From Paraspadella gotoi (Eukaryota > Animalia > Chaetognatha), in NCBI GenBank assembly GCA_051294375.1, contig JBJCIZ010001436.1, forward strand, positions 1 through 7,490: DNA of 7,490 nucleotides, given 5' to 3'. A program made the translations under genes and the position numbers. Of this stretch, positions 6,601-7,490 are shown piece after piece (positions within the stretch are counted from its first letter, which is position 1; each line of letters begins with the position of its first letter). A model generated the notes under the pieces. It saw nothing but the letters and a program-made list of their open reading frames with translations. It ran no database searches and was not told where the DNA came from.

Positions 6601-7424
6601 TTCACTTCGATTTTAGCTTCGGCCAGAGCCTCAGCAATGCTGACAGTGGATCCTTCGCAGAGCGCTCGGAGTCCTAGCCACATTGATTGGTTGATTGGTT
6701 CAATGAACCTGCTCGCGACTTTGTCGCGGGCGAGGAGGGCGCGGAGTTGCTGATCCACTTTGTCGGGAACGGGGGAGTCTTTAAATGCCTCGTAAAAAGT
6801 GCGTAAGAAATCTTCCGGTTGTTCGTCAGCTCTTCTTTTCTCGAGCTTTATGGGTTGCTCGACTGGAGTGTAGGAAGGTGGATCACTTCGTCCACTTTCC
6901 GACGGCGTCTCCTCTTGGGGTGAGTGGCAGCTTTTGGCGATGGTTTGCGTCTGGAAGACGTTTTGCTGTCGATGTTGTCGTTCAACTTCGTGAGGATTTG
7001 GGTAGAGTTGTGATGGTGGAGCTGTTTGTGACAACCCCATGAGTCTCGTGTTGACGTTGTTCTCCTCAGTGCGAGACATCATTGACTTCATCATCTGGTG
7101 AAGTTCGTCCATCTTGGATCCAAGGTTTGACTCGCTGTCTTTGACTCTTTGGCTGAGTCTGGCGAGGCCCTGTCGATTGTGGAGATTTGCGTCGTTTACG
7201 ATCTTTAGGATTTGACGCGTCAGCTCGGCCTGCTCCGTCTCTAATTGGCAGTGTTCACGAAGTTCGCCGGAGAGCTCGAATGTATGGTAATCGAGATCGA
7301 TCCGGTGACTGCTACCATTTTCTTGTCCGGCGGCGCTTGTGGATGGCGTTGATGCCATCGTCGATGCCCCTTTTTTCCATCCAGCTTTTGCTGGTGGGAT
7401 GACCGGGGTGGGGGCGTTGTCCAT
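609..7424 (-). CDS. gag-pol: Gag-Pol polyprotein, single fused ORF of 2271 aa (true start may lie further upstream)
   Basis: Uninterrupted ORF ending in TAA (609..611) with all catalytic motifs in frame. The ATG at 7424 has good context (AAA ATG G), but the 22 codons upstream to the window edge (STHHDSKEESSLIIATTPPLKK) contain no stop. Confidence 0.95.
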   Translation of the reverse strand: MDNAPTPVIPPAKAGWKKGASTMASTPSTSAAGQENGSSHRIDLDYHTFELSGELREHCQLETEQAELTRQILKIVNDANLHNRQGLARLSQRVKDSESNLGSKMDELHQMMKSMMSRTEENNVNTRLMGLSQTAPPSQLYPNPHEVERQHRQQNVFQTQTIAKSCHSPQEETPSESGRSDPPSYTPVEQPIKLEKRRADEQPEDFLRTFYEAFKDSPVPDKVDQQLRALLARDKVASRFIEPINQSMWLGLRALCEGSTVSIAEALAEAKIEVNPQVHAKYGLALVNAAKENFETVREKDRASIPDYVAQMLVEAMEPYVPGITSETLEWTQMLERGETRRLGKAIEYKLRGYLKKNPDNSVRKIVKTVSDDDKEKLINALVQKGQTDKDPSTSATAFYQGSMLQEMNNMNEKIKEMRKELDQTRRPGQNERQYERQYDRRRYSPDRGYEKRYNGGRNRDWKNEKRTNWRDNRKEKMPTAFGRRRDIVDLTREIESDSIDEFDVNKDDFYYHRVINKNSKIEKEKQQQQKLKETYQILGKKVMQFSTSSVNQADQEKIKEIAETASKLRGKSTASRMFKLLKPLTAEEVALTNKHIHKIGWMEWAKTDAPGKRAIIARSKACAKLVRRANRNETSPLLNTEIEPSLPTSLPPPPGPNRPNPIRRGQRPSLRKLRPVGDKGNPTYQIIAGEQTGESLHQATIRRIELECHQPENFFPAPTTPETSKDEKDMPALPERLAHTIKSHEGPDPRDDTQRICHTGKNSYIPAVIAGAPASCLYDTGASVNTVPRKFIEKWSLSNHIYHGTPLRLSTATGTITLTERINLRIMFQQWILHTVFYVSADENDQDIIIGTAVTNPGPPEQLWVVQPSEQRRDLQIASMGNKPVTHLFRDKHEALKAARWLARGNLDDQTTLPLHAERDSEGTTRITSGKPYWKTLAGTRWILESQDGENMYIADGDQLREGLEIDANPGPWGLARPLVTNEAKSELGLDTERTAEPVQADLTGVKPILRKVRKDHIPATTIVHHKPTEEEIKAVEEARNKRRQKHDARGKEAFLKPFKDVDPSLRDKAELVWEIVWEYRDVFGETINDCKEGFLNYKVDLGYTNDDLPKPKFANQGPVKKAALKRYLEVYEKAGIVSRTRNEAYSNAFLIKKPGHIAEGQDEMNDETFAKQWRLICDLSAVNNNISTYATEPQTIASILEQYKPHELQCSVDILACFHQVNLSDRCKPVTTFAGAGHNWWMNKLPMGGVNSVNVLQAILDEIFQDLGTDVKSFLVYVDDLILTAKSPEDMAGRLRELLQRCRDENVVLKWTKSVLLRKEDIKILGFSISKSKLMPQKEKLEAVEIKLKSLKTQKELRAMLASLNYYRCFTHRFSYIAQPLHALTLLDKKDFKLTEKHIQMLQLLIEEIKASPGLNFLNDARIKHGNYRIYADASTSAMGGLITATADGVEYPLSFHSKSFPEEYRIKHINVLETLAFNMMVRKFKGYTCGRRVTLVTDSQYFKRVMDLQHDKQQLLPTNVLRWITEIRQECQPKEVVLVKSEDNPADFLTRFTEQGQVTPLDTPFFPAGFDVEGEYQPGYAENPVEDHESPEHLDLVTGHAPTLALMAQVLQEETKTFRSKFFEFVRQQFFEKKKNMERLYGKPKTKDADTFIRTISAKDWSLGHPELEMLSEMTGICIVIMDEDSSRETGCKFEKVYGSPNYDRKVKIFRTITGQVSLVSDQQIRRQLRPATKKPIQTIKVADLRPPERRGRPKRHNIASCHVDALPTDLVNIQVGQPTQELLEEPTKVDSTAISTVKSRWPGTDKEVMVDSTLEADVDATASEIEEEIAEPQTKRRKLIPIASEAKKWQQEDETFKMVVNALKRGDRDEAQRSLDKKMQKRKTLTERYLSNCINDLDVTTDGILILKGFKGDAPTAKFVIPPQKAEEIAKQIHQHFGHPGRDRTAFITAQYVSAPGLTTAAAKCVRNCENCAKATDVQRNNETPSAPNLAIAPWESLSIDVMHLPPVNGQSYILVASDNASAYTWAIPLRRADAATIVKTLDEKIFLQHGSYMEINFDGATQLNGNAMKSILDLLDTVGRRVLVGRKDSNRAERDIGRIRQALRKAVEDKPNKWLEQLPHLMLLLNATPIIGWKTDMSPHEIQFGHRPRIVEAADDFTKRNLIDFIRHRADRQEKARDQLANQRTKLYRQSTRRNPYKRPEEIKVGDLVLARRDLIMTGTATTENKVKRIYSGPHKVVEKDGNHFVLSVAGQMLKYHRRRLKLHGQ
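612..803 (-). other. Integrase C-terminal GPY/F (SH3-like) module; no chromodomain follows
   Basis: IKVGDLVLAR ... KVKRIYSGPHKVVEK ... YHRRRLKLH then stop. GPH (705..713) replaces GPY/F. Confidence 0.75.
960..1433 (-). other. Integrase catalytic core (D, D-X34-E)
   Basis: PWESLSIDV (Asp 1410..1412), YILVASDNASAYTWAIPL, INFDGATQL (Asp 1236..1238), SNRAER (Glu 1131..1133), then W..QLPHL..LLNATP...SPHEIQFG. Confidence 0.92.
1497..1613 (-). other. Integrase HHCC zinc-binding domain
   Basis: IHQHFGHPGRDRT ... VRNCENC, preceded by the usual Gypsy-type QQED...GILI...FVIP segment. Confidence 0.9.
2148..2168 (-). other. AT-hook-like motif RRGRPKR
   Basis: Core RGRP flanked by basic residues and Pro (PPERRGRPKR) in a low-complexity linker. 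Confidence 0.55.
2253..2639 (-). other. Putative OTU-fold-like domain, apparently non-catalytic, between RNase H and integrase
   Basis: The pattern FRSKFFEFVRQ ... DTFIRTIS..DWSLGHPELEMLSEMTGICIVIMD ... KVYG.....KVKIFRT.TGQVSLV parallels the OTU layout (LR...y ... Y...m...gtWGG.iElqAls......I.v ... i.l.y....HY.sv). The Cys box (GDGNC) and the His are absent. Recognised by eye only. Confidence 0.5.
2763..3137 (-). other. Ribonuclease H domain (Ty3/Gypsy type)
   Basis: IYADAS (Asp at 3120..3122), PLSFHSKSF, VLETLA, LVTDS and NPADFLTR: all four acidic catalytic positions are present. Confidence 0.9.
3201..4019 (-). other. Reverse transcriptase (fingers/palm 3429..4019 plus thumb)
   Basis: Motifs GIVSR, AFLIKK, WRLICDLSAVN, SVDILACFHQV (Asp at 3780..3782), LPMG, YVDD (3579..3590), KILGF, and thumb LASLNYYRCF..FSYIAQPLHALT. 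Confidence 0.95.
4863..5141 (-). other. Retropepsin-type aspartic protease domain
   Basis: CLYDTGASVNTV (DTG at 5079..5087), flap-like LRLSTATG and C-terminal DIIIGT motif. Confidence 0.9.
5994..7424 (-). other. gag: Gag-like region: coiled coil, helical capsid-like part and basic R/Y/D-rich tail, no CCHC knuckle
   Basis: Lies N-terminal to the protease. Heptad-like segments at about 7070..7265 and 6153..6215. Weak capsid-like motifs RRADEQPEDFLRTF and REKDRASIPDYVAQM. Basic tail RRPGQNERQYERQYDRRRYSPDRGYEKRY. Assigned mainly by position. Confidence 0.6.
6108..6131 (-). repeat. 12-bp imperfect tandem duplication encoding ERQY-ERQY
   Basis: atattgacgctc / gtattggcgctc, 10 of 12 identical, both differences at synonymous third positions. 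Confidence 0.7.
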
Positions 7425-7490
7425 TTTCTTGAGGGGTGGCGTGGTTGCGATGATAAGGCTTGATTCTTCTTTGGAGTCGTGGTGAGTCGA

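Larger units (their letters stand above)
1..7490 (-). mobile_element. LTR retrotransposon with Ty3/Gypsy-like order (Gag-PR-RT-RH-IN), divergent lineage; internal region plus first bases of the probable 3' LTR
   Basis: PR, RT, RNase H and IN motifs occur in PR-RT-RH-IN order, which excludes Ty1/Copia. The GPY/F-type IN C-terminus favours Gypsy-like over BEL/Pao. A polypurine tract lies downstream of the ORF. The 5' LTR and PBS are outside the window. Confidence 0.93.

Noticed and set aside
800-7402. Many short ORFs (60-161 aa) overlapping the polyprotein, including 2338..2823, 5374..5817 and the minus-strand 800..1018
   Set aside because: These are shadow ORFs of a long coding sequence, mostly antisense. 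Many have non-ATG starts and none has a recognisable motif.
609-7424. Endogenous retrovirus, caulimovirid, Copia or bacterial RT system
   Set aside because: There is no env or movement protein in the window, integrase follows RNase H, RNase H follows the RT thumb directly without a tether, and the motifs are Gypsy-type.

Overview
Almost the whole window is the internal region of one apparently intact, divergent eukaryotic LTR retrotransposon on the minus strand, with Ty3/Gypsy-type domain order. A single stop-free ORF (609..7424, 2271 aa; the frame stays open to the window edge at 7490) encodes a Gag-like region, aspartic protease (DTG), reverse transcriptase (YVDD), RNase H (D-E-D-D) and integrase (HHCC, D-D-E, GPY/F-type C-terminal domain). 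It is followed by a ~580 nt 3' UTR with two long A-rich tracts, then a 13-nt polypurine tract (17..29) and 16 nt of the probable 3' LTR. There is no env ORF or chromodomain. Unusual points: (1) a ~130 aa segment between RNase H and integrase resembles an OTU deubiquitinase fold lacking the catalytic Cys and His; (2) the probable LTR starts with 5'-CG instead of 5'-TG; (3) the integrase has D-X34-E spacing with a remodelled active-site loop; (4) there are an AT-hook, an NLS-like motif and a SUMO-interacting-motif-like sequence; (5) the Gag lacks a CCHC knuckle. All calls come from reading motifs by eye; no searches were run, and the host cannot be determined.
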